Below are positions 56,501 to 64,000 of a stretch of DNA of 64,000 nucleotides, one piece after another. Made by a program: the position numbers and the translations under genes. Location of the stretch: positions 13,542-77,541 of the forward strand of contig SYLI01000053.1 in NCBI GenBank assembly GCA_005809105.1. Direction: 5' to 3'. Origin of the DNA: Verrucomicrobiales bacterium (GTDB lineage Bacteria; Verrucomicrobiota; Verrucomicrobiia; Limisphaerales; UBA1100). The notes beneath the pieces are model-generated. The model was not told the origin of the DNA. It saw only the letters and a program-made list of their open reading frames with translations, and did not search any database. How positions within the stretch are numbered: the first letter of the stretch is position 1; the number at the start of each line of letters is the position of its first letter.

Positions 56501-58420
56501 GCACGCGATCAAAGCCGCGGCATTCCGCCGGTGCTGGAGCAACCCTCTGTGGAAATCCTGGATGTGCTTCGCGCGCATGCGAAGCCCGGGGACTTCGTGC
56601 TGACGTGGTGGGACTACGGCGGCGCCACCTGGTACCACGCAGGCTGCAACGTCCTCTGCCATCCAGGAAATCAAACCGAGGACATCTATGTTCTGGCCCG
56701 CGCGTTTAGCGCCACCAACAAGCTGGAGGTGGCGAACCTGGGCCGGCTGGCCGTGGAGGCCTACGCACAGAAAGGGCCCCTGGCCGTGCATCAACTCTTC
56801 AAAGGCGAGCTGGGGCCCGGCGAAGATGGGGACCACGACTTGCGTGATGACTGGAGCGGCCTTCCGGCGACGGCGCAGGTCGGCCCGCGTGGCATCATTC
56901 GCGCGCTCAACAGCACCAACTACCGGCCACCGCTGCCCACTCGCGACATCTATTTCTACCTGCCCAAAAAACTGCTGCCCATCCTTCAGGTGATGCGGCA
57001 GTTTAGCGAGCGAGACCTGTGGCCCTTGCAGCGCGAGTTCCAGACGGGCCTCAACTTCCAAACCGGCGTCGGCGCGCCCGGCGGCAAGCCCGACCCGGCT
57101 GTGGCCATCGACTGGTTTACCGTGGCGGCGGAGAAGGGACACGCGGAGGCGCAATTCCGCCTGGCGGGGCTTCTTCGTGATGAGTACCTCAAGACCCTGC
57201 CGCCCCCGGTGGCCGCCCGGGTGAATGAATCGCTCAAGAAGGGCGAGGCCGGGCGGGAGGAACTGGCCGCCCTGCACCGTGGCCAGCAGCAGCGAGGGCA
57301 GGCCGCGGGCATCGAGAGCGCGTTCCGCTGGGCCGCTCGCGCGGCCAGCGCAGGCCCCGCCGCTTTCTCACGGCCCGCAATCGGCAGCACCGGCGACGCC
57401 TTTGCCGCGCAGGATCCAGACCGGCTCCTTGCCTTGGCGGTGGCCTTGCGCGACCAGATTGGGCAGTTGCTGCCGGTGGATCTGGCCAGCGCCCTGCGAT
57501 CGCAGGCCGAACAATTTGTGCCGCGCGATGCCGAGCTTCCCATCCCCACCTTCTTCCCCACCACCATCCGCGTCACCCAGTCGATGCCTGCGCAGACCGA
57601 GGCCATCTTCCTCGCCGATCGCTACCTTCTGGATCGGGCGGATCTGCGGATGTACGAAAGCATGCGCGATCAGGGATTTGAGCCCGCACGCGTCGAGCAT
57701 GGCATTGGACTCATTCGCCGGCTCATGGCCCGGATGAGCCGTGCGGAGGGGGCTGCCAACACCGAAGCCATCGCGCAACAAGCCGGCGAGGCGCTGCGGA
57801 TGATTCATCCGCAGATCGCGCTTACACCGCAGCTGCTTGCCGCGCCGCTGCAGCGCCGCGATCCGGCGGCGTTTGGCGACTTTGCGTTGCAGGCGCTGCG
57901 CCACTGGTTCCCCGGCGCAGACAAACAGCTCGGAGCCCAGTTGCTCGATGGGCGCGTGGTGATTGGCGCGGTGGAGGAAATCACGCTGGAGCACATCACG
58001 CTGGTGGGAGAGAAGGTGGTGCCCGGGCCCTCGCCCAAACCGGGCGAGGTGGCGCGCCAGTCCGTGCCTGTCACCATTCCCTGGCGGATGATCCACACCT
58101 TGTATCGCCCCAGCACCTGGCTCAACCAACTCTTCATCACGTCGCTGGGGCCTGCGCCCGCGAAGCTTCCCTCGGGCACCACGGTGGAAGGGGAGCTGCT
58201 GCGCCGCCGCCAGATTGGCCTCACGCCCGGCAGCCAGGCCTCGGATTTGTTTCTGGTGATCGCCAATGACCTCAACGTGGCCTATCTGATGCACCGCGAC
58301 GTCTTTCATTCCAATATCGTGCAGATGCTCCTCATGGGTGTGTACGACGACCAGCGGTTTGAACTCATCTTCCACAACCGCGAGGGCAAGCTCATCCGGT
58401 TCCGGCGTTCGACGCCCTGA
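53546..58420 (+). CDS. Giant STT3/PglB-family oligosaccharyltransferase
   Basis: THDSY, SYYNRTMAGYFDTD, TIQE, GLRFTI, WWDYG, RDIYFYLP, plus large insertions and a Sel1-like repeat. Confidence 0.9.
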   Translation: MPAAHASREDLGKDAPRANFPEPSLWGVWALVLIAWCFGVFTRLYWIEESKLPEKQADYHWQGELLPNTHDSYFFGAIIQKAHLGVHQQNKEIPDAYKYGPITLFSAKVLDVYNAPVYRRLRLSQAQLDTAAQALEAQSQASHDTSNATMAAMQALRDARKALAGPFLVPKMLRDTARASAETARQVAQRISDGNGTASSPHLAAATAALVRAEDSAVAASRRSMLSVEQIMVYSPALVGSLLVVPLVLIGRLYQLTLWGFLAALMAVSANSYYNRTMAGYFDTDMFSVPIPAAILYWLLRAVRLGSLGSAITGALLIMAYPFFYRSSMPIAAAMGLAFIGHQAVFRFRDTTAWQTIAPVAMAVLFVDAAFPFMDATGSRTGPALIWLAKILALVGSALLMRRLTAPPIPEAGATAAPSSLPRLRWAAALALVLVVLFSSPFSLVTQKILQYLPSSERTSVVETAQNLQFKNVISTIQEAREIPGREVGLRIAGTVVGCIIALFGYALLAGRHPEFLLAAPLVGIGVFTLWGGLRFTIHAVAIAGLSFAYPFFWRSDSPLARAAMRTALFAALGAIAWSWLVNFTGAPVPWFFLPLAALAGWGIAHAADEEEVKWHSALAGVAAIGMVLLGCLIRSEYETRYSGIWSDRYGALARPLYSVAVLSAALAAITATLTRGTAAASTLVALRVALGVMALTWFVGAAITFRSLAGELFTGVGWEDLPTWLVGLQWAQVILAGAVAGWAVHFTSLVHSRAQRLQWGAIAGAVAALGCGLGLSGFNVSVYWANSQWLPVCAAILLSAALCARLGGMHLLPSRIGQLRPAAPAMAACAAALAAGVAWALLAQALNEPLPHDALSFRPLPEPLSFGPWAIGLVAGIAATYTAKEAAAGPRGWIAAVSALLGLIAGVLVMGRYLDASAGEIFSLGDAAPAPRHAPWPLALMAIMAATTAGVLPGLLRGAAHSIVTACAVACASVLCFLTPNLLHARDQSRGIPPVLEQPSVEILDVLRAHAKPGDFVLTWWDYGGATWYHAGCNVLCHPGNQTEDIYVLARAFSATNKLEVANLGRLAVEAYAQKGPLAVHQLFKGELGPGEDGDHDLRDDWSGLPATAQVGPRGIIRALNSTNYRPPLPTRDIYFYLPKKLLPILQVMRQFSERDLWPLQREFQTGLNFQTGVGAPGGKPDPAVAIDWFTVAAEKGHAEAQFRLAGLLRDEYLKTLPPPVAARVNESLKKGEAGREELAALHRGQQQRGQAAGIESAFRWAARAASAGPAAFSRPAIGSTGDAFAAQDPDRLLALAVALRDQIGQLLPVDLASALRSQAEQFVPRDAELPIPTFFPTTIRVTQSMPAQTEAIFLADRYLLDRADLRMYESMRDQGFEPARVEHGIGLIRRLMARMSRAEGAANTEAIAQQAGEALRMIHPQIALTPQLLAAPLQRRDPAAFGDFALQALRHWFPGADKQLGAQLLDGRVVIGAVEEITLEHITLVGEKVVPGPSPKPGEVARQSVPVTIPWRMIHTLYRPSTWLNQLFITSLGPAPAKLPSGTTVEGELLRRRQIGLTPGSQASDLFLVIANDLNVAYLMHRDVFHSNIVQMLLMGVYDDQRFELIFHNREGKLIRFRRSTP

Positions 58421-58486
58421 CGCGGCGCGCGACGAGGGGCTTGCGGTGCGTCGCCGTTCTGTTATCGTCCGCCCCGCTTTCAGGAT

Positions 58487-58571
58487 GCGCCTATGGCGGA
58501 ATTGGTAGACGCGCTACTTTGAGGTGGTAGTCTCGAAAGGGGTAGAGGTTCGAATCCTCTTAGGCGCACCA
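58487..58571 (+). tRNA. tRNA-Leu(GAG)
   Basis: Cloverleaf GCGCCTA...TAGGCGC-A-CCA; anticodon loop TTGAGGT; long variable arm. Confidence 0.95.
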
Positions 58572-58625
58572 TTGGCTTTGCCCTTGCCACGGCCCAAGTC
58601 GGACCGTAAGAAAAGGGCCGGGGTT

Positions 58626-58701
58626 GGGGTCATAGCTCAGTTGGTAGAGCGTCTCGTGCGCAATGAGAAGGTCTGGGGTTCGAATCCCCATGGCTCCACC
58701 A
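58626..58701 (+). tRNA. tRNA-Ala(CGC)
   Basis: 76 nt, G3:U70 identity pair, CCA end; anticodon loop TGCGCAA has G in place of U33. Confidence 0.88.
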
Positions 58702-58729
58702 TGCTCTCTCTCGTCGGCTTCATTCAGGC

Positions 58730-59467
58730 CTAGCGGCGCCCACCGATGGGTTCGATGAACTCCCATTTGGTGGCGTCGGGATCCAGAACGAGCACGCGAA
58801 AATCCCACGTCTTGCCCGCTTCCACCCACGGCGCGTAGTCCTGCGAGTTGCCCAGCGCGGCGCCGGCACCATCGGAGAGCCGGAACCTGACCGTCACGTC
58901 ATAGAACACATCGCGCGCCGAGGTGTTCTTCACCGAGCCCACGATGTAATTAAAATCGCCCTCCTGTTTCAAGCTGGGCGCAGAGGCGAAAACCAGCGTG
59001 CCCTTGTCGGGTGGCAGCACAGCCGCCGGCACCGGCGTGGCGGTTTGGTTGCCTTCGCCCGCGCCCGAGGACGCCGCCTGTGCCACGGGAGTTTTTCCAC
59101 CAAATCCCAGCTTCGCGGAGAGCGCCGCGCGCGTGGCCGGCGTCATGCCATCCCAGCGCAAGGCCGCGTAGGCCAGCTCGAGCAGCACCACCGCCAAGGC
59201 CCCGACGCGCAGCCATGGGATGGCCCGGGGCATGCGAAAGCCGCATTGGATGCAAAGCACATCCGCCTCGTCCATGGGCGCCCGGCACTGGGGACACACC
59301 ACAGCGGAAACCGTCTTGGCCTTTGCCCGGCCCGGTCCAGCGGGCTGCAGCACTGTGGCCTTTCCACAATGCGGACAGTCGGCGCTCTGACCACGCCACT
59401 CGGCGGGGAAGACAATGTGCCCGCGGCAGTGACTGCAGGCTCCCTTCATTTCTGTTCCGGCATCCAT
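58730..59467 (-). CDS. Double zinc-ribbon membrane protein with FxLYD-like C-terminal domain
   Basis: CSHC/CPHC and CPQC/CIQC pairs, one TM, YIVGSVKNTS...VTVRFRLSDGAG. Start at 59467 or 59449. Confidence 0.72.
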   Translation of the reverse strand: MDAGTEMKGACSHCRGHIVFPAEWRGQSADCPHCGKATVLQPAGPGRAKAKTVSAVVCPQCRAPMDEADVLCIQCGFRMPRAIPWLRVGALAVVLLELAYAALRWDGMTPATRAALSAKLGFGGKTPVAQAASSGAGEGNQTATPVPAAVLPPDKGTLVFASAPSLKQEGDFNYIVGSVKNTSARDVFYDVTVRFRLSDGAGAALGNSQDYAPWVEAGKTWDFRVLVLDPDATKWEFIEPIGGRR

Positions 59468-59581
59468 CGCTTCCAATTGGTTTTTAGCAATCAACCCCAG
59501 CCCCGCCGTGGATTCAAGGCCCAACTGCCTCGTGAAAATCGTTGCCGCCACCGGAGGGCTGCGCCACTGTTGCGCGCGGAC

Positions 59582-59671
59582 GGAGAGGTGGCTGAGTGGT
59601 TTAAGGCACGCGCTTGGAGAGCGTGAGTAGGCTAAACCCTACCGGGGGTTCGAATCACTCCCTCTCCGCCA
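59582..59671 (+). tRNA. tRNA-Ser(GGA)
   Basis: GGAGAGG...CCTCTCC-G-CCA; anticodon loop TTGGAGA; long variable arm; one T-stem mismatch. Confidence 0.9.
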
Positions 59672-59751
59672 TCGCATCGACATCCTCCCGGGTGATTTCC
59701 CTCCAGCCAGATTGCATTTGCCTGCCGCCCCGGCGCAGGCGATAAGCAGTC

Positions 59752-61278
59752 ATGCTCGCCAAAGTCCATTCCGCGGCGTTGCATGGCATTGATGCCCACC
59801 CCGTCGAAGTGGAAGTCCATCTGGGATCGGGCGACCTTCGCTTCGTGATCGTCGGGCTGCCCGACGCGGCCGTGCGCGAATCCCAGGATCGGGTGCGCGC
59901 GGCGCTGACCCATTCGGGATTCGCCGTCCCGCAAGGCCACATCACCGTCAATCTGGCGCCGGCGGAGTTGCGCAAGGAGGGGCCCAGCTTTGACCTTCCC
60001 ATCGCGCTGGGCCTGCTGGCGGCCAGCGACCAGCTCCGCGCGCCGGGCCTTGCGGACTTTGTCATGCTGGGCGAACTGGCGCTTAACGGTATGTTGCGAC
60101 CGGTGCGAGGCGTGCTGCCCGTCGCTCTGCGAGCCGCCGGCGACCATCGCGCGGCACTCATCGTTCCCACGGGCAATGCTGCCGAAGCGGCCGTGGTGCG
60201 CGACATCAAGGTCTATGCCGTCGGAAGCCTGCGCGAGGCGGCGGACCTGCTGGAGGGGCGGATCCAACCCTCGCCTCACACCGTGGACACGCACCGCCTC
60301 TTTGACCACAGCGACGACGGCGCCCCGGACATGGCGGAGGTCAAGGGGCAGGAATCGGCCAAGCGCGCACTGGAGATTGCGGCGGCCGGCGGGCACAATC
60401 TGTTGCTCATCGGCCCGCCGGGCACCGGCAAGTCGATGCTCGCCAAACGGCTGCCGGCCATCCTGCCGCCGCTCACACTGGGCGAGGCGCTTGAAACCAC
60501 ACGGATCCACAGCGTCGCAGGACTCTTGGAAACGGGCCATGCGCTGGTAACACGCCGCCCGTTTCGCTCGCCCCACCACACGTCAAGCGACGCGGGACTT
60601 CTGGGCGGCAACGCGCAGCCTTCGCCCGGCGAAATCTCGCTGGCCCACAATGGCGTGCTCTTCCTTGACGAGCTGCCCGAGTTTCGGCGCAGCGTGCTGG
60701 AAACGCTGCGTCAGCCGCTGGAGGACGGGCGCGTCACCATCTCGCGCGCGGCCGGCACCATGACTTTTCCTGCGCGCTTCATGCTGGTGGCCGCGATGAA
60801 TCCCACTCCCGACGGGAAGATGCCGACCGAGTCGGCCAGCTCTCCGCGTGACATCCAGAACTATCTGGGCCGCATCTCCGGGCCGCTGCTCGACCGGATT
60901 GACCTGCATCTGGAATTGGCTCCGGTGAAGTTCCGCGACCTCTCTGCCGCGGCCGCAGGCGAATCCTCAGAGTCCATTCGCGACCGCGTGATCGCGGCAC
61001 GCACGCGCCAGCTGGCCCGGTTTCGTTCCTCGGCCAGCGTGGTGTGCAACGCGCACATGGGGCCGCGCGAGCTGCGCGCGTGCTGCGCTCTGGATGCCGC
61101 CGCGGCGGGCCTGTTGCAGGCAGCGATGGAAGAGCTGCGTTTAAGCGCGCGCGCGCACGACAGGATCCTGAAAGTCGCTCGCACGATCGCCGATCTGGCT
61201 GACGCCGAAAACCTGTCTGCCGACGACGTGGCGGAGGCCGTTCAGTATCGTTCGCTGGACCGCCAGATCTGGAGCTGA
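59752..61278 (+). CDS. comM: YifB/ComM Mg-chelatase-like AAA+ ATPase
   Basis: IVGLPDAAVRES, NLAPAELRKEG, GPPGTGKSMLA, PFRSPHHT, LFLDELPEF, SGPLLDRID. Confidence 0.93.
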   Translation: MLAKVHSAALHGIDAHPVEVEVHLGSGDLRFVIVGLPDAAVRESQDRVRAALTHSGFAVPQGHITVNLAPAELRKEGPSFDLPIALGLLAASDQLRAPGLADFVMLGELALNGMLRPVRGVLPVALRAAGDHRAALIVPTGNAAEAAVVRDIKVYAVGSLREAADLLEGRIQPSPHTVDTHRLFDHSDDGAPDMAEVKGQESAKRALEIAAAGGHNLLLIGPPGTGKSMLAKRLPAILPPLTLGEALETTRIHSVAGLLETGHALVTRRPFRSPHHTSSDAGLLGGNAQPSPGEISLAHNGVLFLDELPEFRRSVLETLRQPLEDGRVTISRAAGTMTFPARFMLVAAMNPTPDGKMPTESASSPRDIQNYLGRISGPLLDRIDLHLELAPVKFRDLSAAAAGESSESIRDRVIAARTRQLARFRSSASVVCNAHMGPRELRACCALDAAAAGLLQAAMEELRLSARAHDRILKVARTIADLADAENLSADDVAEAVQYRSLDRQIWS

Positions 61279-61285
61279 CGATTTC

Positions 61286-61990
61286 TTAGCCGCCCAAGTA
61301 CGCGCTCTTCACCTGCGGATTGGCCCGCAGTGCGGCGGAGTCATCCGAGAGAACCACGCGGCCGGTCTCCAGAACGCAGCCGCGGTGTGCAACGGCCAGC
61401 GCGAGGTTGGCGTTCTGCTCCACCAGCAGGATGGTGATGCCCTGCGTGTGATTGATCTCCACGATTTTTTCGAAGATGGCGCGCACCAGCAGTGGTGCGA
61501 TTCCCAGCGAGGGTTCATCCAGCAGCAGGCACTTGGGCCGGCCCATGAGGGCGCGCCCGATGGCCAACATCTGCTGCTCGCCTCCTGAGAGCGTGCCCGC
61601 CACCTGCGCCTGCCGCTCCTGCAACCGGGGGAATGTCTGGAAGACCCGTTCGCGTTGCTCGGCCGCCTGGGCCTCGCCCAAAAGGTAGGCGCCCATCAGG
61701 AGGTTTTCCACCACGGTAAGGTTGGCAAAAATCATGCGCCCCTCGGGGACATGGCCCAAGCCGCGCCGGACAATTTCGTGCGGCGGCATACGGGTGATGT
61801 CACATCCCTCAAAGCTCACCGTGCCCGACACCGCGCGTTGCAGGCCGGAGATGGCGCGAAGGGTCGTGGTCTTTCCGGCGCCGTTGGCGCCCAGCAAGGT
61901 GACGATTTCGCCCGCCTTCACCGAGAGCGACACGCCGTGCAGCGCGGTGACTGCGCCGTACCGGACGGTAAGGTCTTTGATCTCAAGCAT
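61286..61990 (-). CDS. livF: Branched-chain amino acid ABC ATPase
   Basis: GANGAGKTT, VPEGR, LSGGEQQMLA, LDEPSLG, VEQNA. Confidence 0.93.
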   Translation of the reverse strand: MLEIKDLTVRYGAVTALHGVSLSVKAGEIVTLLGANGAGKTTTLRAISGLQRAVSGTVSFEGCDITRMPPHEIVRRGLGHVPEGRMIFANLTVVENLLMGAYLLGEAQAAEQRERVFQTFPRLQERQAQVAGTLSGGEQQMLAIGRALMGRPKCLLLDEPSLGIAPLLVRAIFEKIVEINHTQGITILLVEQNANLALAVAHRGCVLETGRVVLSDDSAALRANPQVKSAYLGG

Positions 61991-62762
61991 GCGCCGGCTC
62001 CGCGCCCAGATAGGCTTCGATGACCTGGGGATGGACGCGCACCTGCGCGGGCGTCCCCTCGGCAATTTTGACGCCGTGGTCGAGCACCACGATGCGCTCG
62101 CATAGCCCCATCACCACCGGCATGTCGTGTTCCACCAGCAGCACCGCGAGCTGGAATTTCTGCCGGATAAACCGGATGAGCTCGGCGAGCGCAGCCTTCT
62201 CGGTGGGATTCATTCCGGCGGCAGGCGCGTCGAGCAGCAGCAGCCGTGGCCGCAGCGCCGGCGCGCGCGCGAGCTCCAGCCGGCGCTGGTCGCCGTAGGG
62301 CAGACCGCTGGCGAGCGTGGCGCTTTGCCGCTCCAGCCCGAAGAGCGAGAGCAAGTCCATGGCCTCAACCTCCGCCGCGCGTTCGCCTGCGTGAAATGCC
62401 CTCCCGCGCCAAAGCGCGTTCCAGAAGCCACCGTGCTGGCGCGATGCCACGGCCACACGCACATTATCCAGCACCGACAGGCTGCCAAAGAGGCGGATGT
62501 TTTGAAACGTGCGCGCGATGCCGCGAGAGGCGAGCTCGTGCGGCAACAGCCCCACCGTGGACTGGCCTGCCAGCCGGATGTCGCCCTCGCCGGGCGCGTA
62601 CACCCCCGTCACGAGGTTGAACGCGCTGGTCGTGCCCGCGCCATTGGGGCCGATGAGGCCGAGGATTTCGCCCTCCTCCACGCGCAGGTCCAACCCGGCC
62701 AGCGCCATGAGTCCGCCAAACCGCAGCGTCACGCCGTCCATCTGGAGCAGGGGCTTTTTCAA
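61983..62762 (-). CDS. livG: Branched-chain amino acid ABC ATPase (Walker motifs altered)
   Basis: RTFQNIRLF, LPYGDQRRLELARA, VEHDM, VIEAYLG. Walker A reads GAGTT and Walker B reads DAP. Confidence 0.88.
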   Translation of the reverse strand: MKKPLLQMDGVTLRFGGLMALAGLDLRVEEGEILGLIGPNGAGTTSAFNLVTGVYAPGEGDIRLAGQSTVGLLPHELASRGIARTFQNIRLFGSLSVLDNVRVAVASRQHGGFWNALWRGRAFHAGERAAEVEAMDLLSLFGLERQSATLASGLPYGDQRRLELARAPALRPRLLLLDAPAAGMNPTEKAALAELIRFIRQKFQLAVLLVEHDMPVVMGLCERIVVLDHGVKIAEGTPAQVRVHPQVIEAYLGAEPAHA

Positions 62763-62764
62763 GG

Positions 62765-63697
62765 TCAGGCGCGGGTGCTGGGCCCAAAGTTGAAAAGGCC
62801 CTGCGGCCGAAGCAGCATCAGCAGGATGATGAGCAGGGCGTAGAGGATCATGCGGTACTCGGCGAAGCCCCGCAGCAGCTCTGGAAGCAGTGTCAGCAGC
62901 ACCGCCGCCGCGACGACGCCCGCCGTGCGGCCCATCCCGCCCAGGATCACCATCACCACGATGTCGATGCTTTTAAGGAAGTCGAAGCCGGTGGGATTGA
63001 GCACGGTCTTGTGATGTGCATAGAGGCCGCCTGCCACGCCCGCGAAAAACGCGCCCACCACAAACGCACTCACCTTGTAGCGCACGGGATTGATGCCCGA
63101 GGCTGCCGCGGCCACCTCGTTGTCGCGCACCGCGGGGAAACCGCGGCCGTAGGTGGAGTCCACGACGCTGAGAATCGCGTACACCGTGAGCGCCGCGAAG
63201 CCGCAGGTCCAACCCAGATGCGTCCAGTTGGGAATGCCGGTAAGCCCGGTGGCGGCGCCAAAGAATTCGGAGTTCTGGAAGACAACCCGGATGATCTCTC
63301 CAAAACCCAGCGTGACGATGGCGAGGTAGTCGCCGCGCAATCGCAGGGTGGGCAGCCCCACGGCCAACCCCACCAGCGCCGCCAGCATGCCGCCGCAGAG
63401 CAGGCCGCCCAGGAAGAGTGCTGGCTGCGCCCAAGAGGGACAGCCGCCGCCCAGCACCAGCGTGAGCTTGGCCGCCGTGTACCCACCCACGGCCATGAAT
63501 CCGGCGTGGCCCAGACTAAACTGGCCCGTGTGTCCGTTGATAAGGTTGAGGCTCACGGCGAGGATGACGTTGATGCCGGCATCCACGGCCACCCCGAGGT
63601 AGTAGCGGTTAAAATCCCAGCGCACCGCGCACCACTGCAGTGCGAGGGCGGCCATCACCGCCGCGCAGAGCCAGCGTTTGCCACCCGCGCCGCTCAT
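62765..63697 (-). CDS. livM: Branched-chain amino acid ABC permease
   Basis: SLNLINGHTGQFSLGHAGF, LRLRGDYLAIVTLGFGEIIR, RPQGL. Confidence 0.92.
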   Translation of the reverse strand: MSGAGGKRWLCAAVMAALALQWCAVRWDFNRYYLGVAVDAGINVILAVSLNLINGHTGQFSLGHAGFMAVGGYTAAKLTLVLGGGCPSWAQPALFLGGLLCGGMLAALVGLAVGLPTLRLRGDYLAIVTLGFGEIIRVVFQNSEFFGAATGLTGIPNWTHLGWTCGFAALTVYAILSVVDSTYGRGFPAVRDNEVAAAASGINPVRYKVSAFVVGAFFAGVAGGLYAHHKTVLNPTGFDFLKSIDIVVMVILGGMGRTAGVVAAAVLLTLLPELLRGFAEYRMILYALLIILLMLLRPQGLFNFGPSTRA

Positions 63698-64000
63698 ACT
63701 TTTTCGGGCTGCTCGCGCCCCAAGAGTCCGGCCGGGCGCAGAATCAGAATGATAATCAGCAGCGCGAAGGCGATCGCATCGCGATAATTGGAAAGCTGTT
63801 TGAGCCCGCCCGCGAAGGTCTCGATGAGGCCGAGCAAGAGCCCGCCCAGAACCGCGCCAGGCAGGTTGCCAATGCCTCCCAGCACGGCGGCGATAAACGC
63901 CTTGATGCCCGGCTGCACTCCCATGAGCGGCTCGATGCCCGGCGCACGCAGCGCATAGGCGATGCCGGCCACCGCGGCCAGGGCTGAGCCCAACGCGAAG
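63694..64000 (-). CDS. livH: Branched-chain amino acid ABC permease, 5' end outside the window
   Basis: KAFIAAVLGGIGNLPGAVLGG, RPAGLLG...EKV. Confidence 0.9.
   Translation of the reverse strand, partial: FALGSALAAVAGIAYALRAPGIEPLMGVQPGIKAFIAAVLGGIGNLPGAVLGGLLLGLIETFAGGLKQLSNYRDAIAFALLIIILILRPAGLLGREQPEKV

Noticed and set aside
58487-61278. Integrated element at the tRNAs or comM
   Set aside because: No integrase, no duplicated tRNA 3' end seen, and comM is intact.
61983-62762. livG pseudogene
   Set aside because: The frame is intact and the motif changes are single-base ones fitting the suspected error pattern.

Overview
High-GC bacterial DNA. Gene content (prepilin-type H-x-DG-family protein, lipidated TolC paralogues, atypical Ser/Thr kinase) suggests Verrucomicrobiota or another PVC lineage; this is inference only. 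Left to right: a partial sugar epimerase, a REP-like repeat, Sel1 genes and a 2-hydroxyacid dehydrogenase; two tandem TolC/MFP/ABC (MacAB-TolC-like) modules; a kinase and an MsbA-like exporter; an MBL hydrolase plus a metal ABC operon; a 1286-aa secreted protein; a ~24 kb minus-strand glycan locus (wbpABDE/I-like, Bordetella wbmFGH-like, asnB-like amidotransferase, three methyltransferases, an E1alpha/beta pair, Wzx, PglC/PglF-like) headed by NusG-paralogue and GbsR/MarR regulators; a divergent 1624-aa PglB/STT3 oligosaccharyltransferase; three tRNAs, comM/yifB and liv genes. The best candidate for an undescribed system is a bacterial N-glycosylation locus. It pairs a giant PglB with intact catalytic motifs (plus extra membrane repeats and a Sel1 repeat) with a polymerase-less glycan pathway, and nearby exported proteins carry D/E-x-N-x-S/T sequons. 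Family calls come from recalled motifs, not database searches. Several single-base changes in invariant motifs look like consensus errors.
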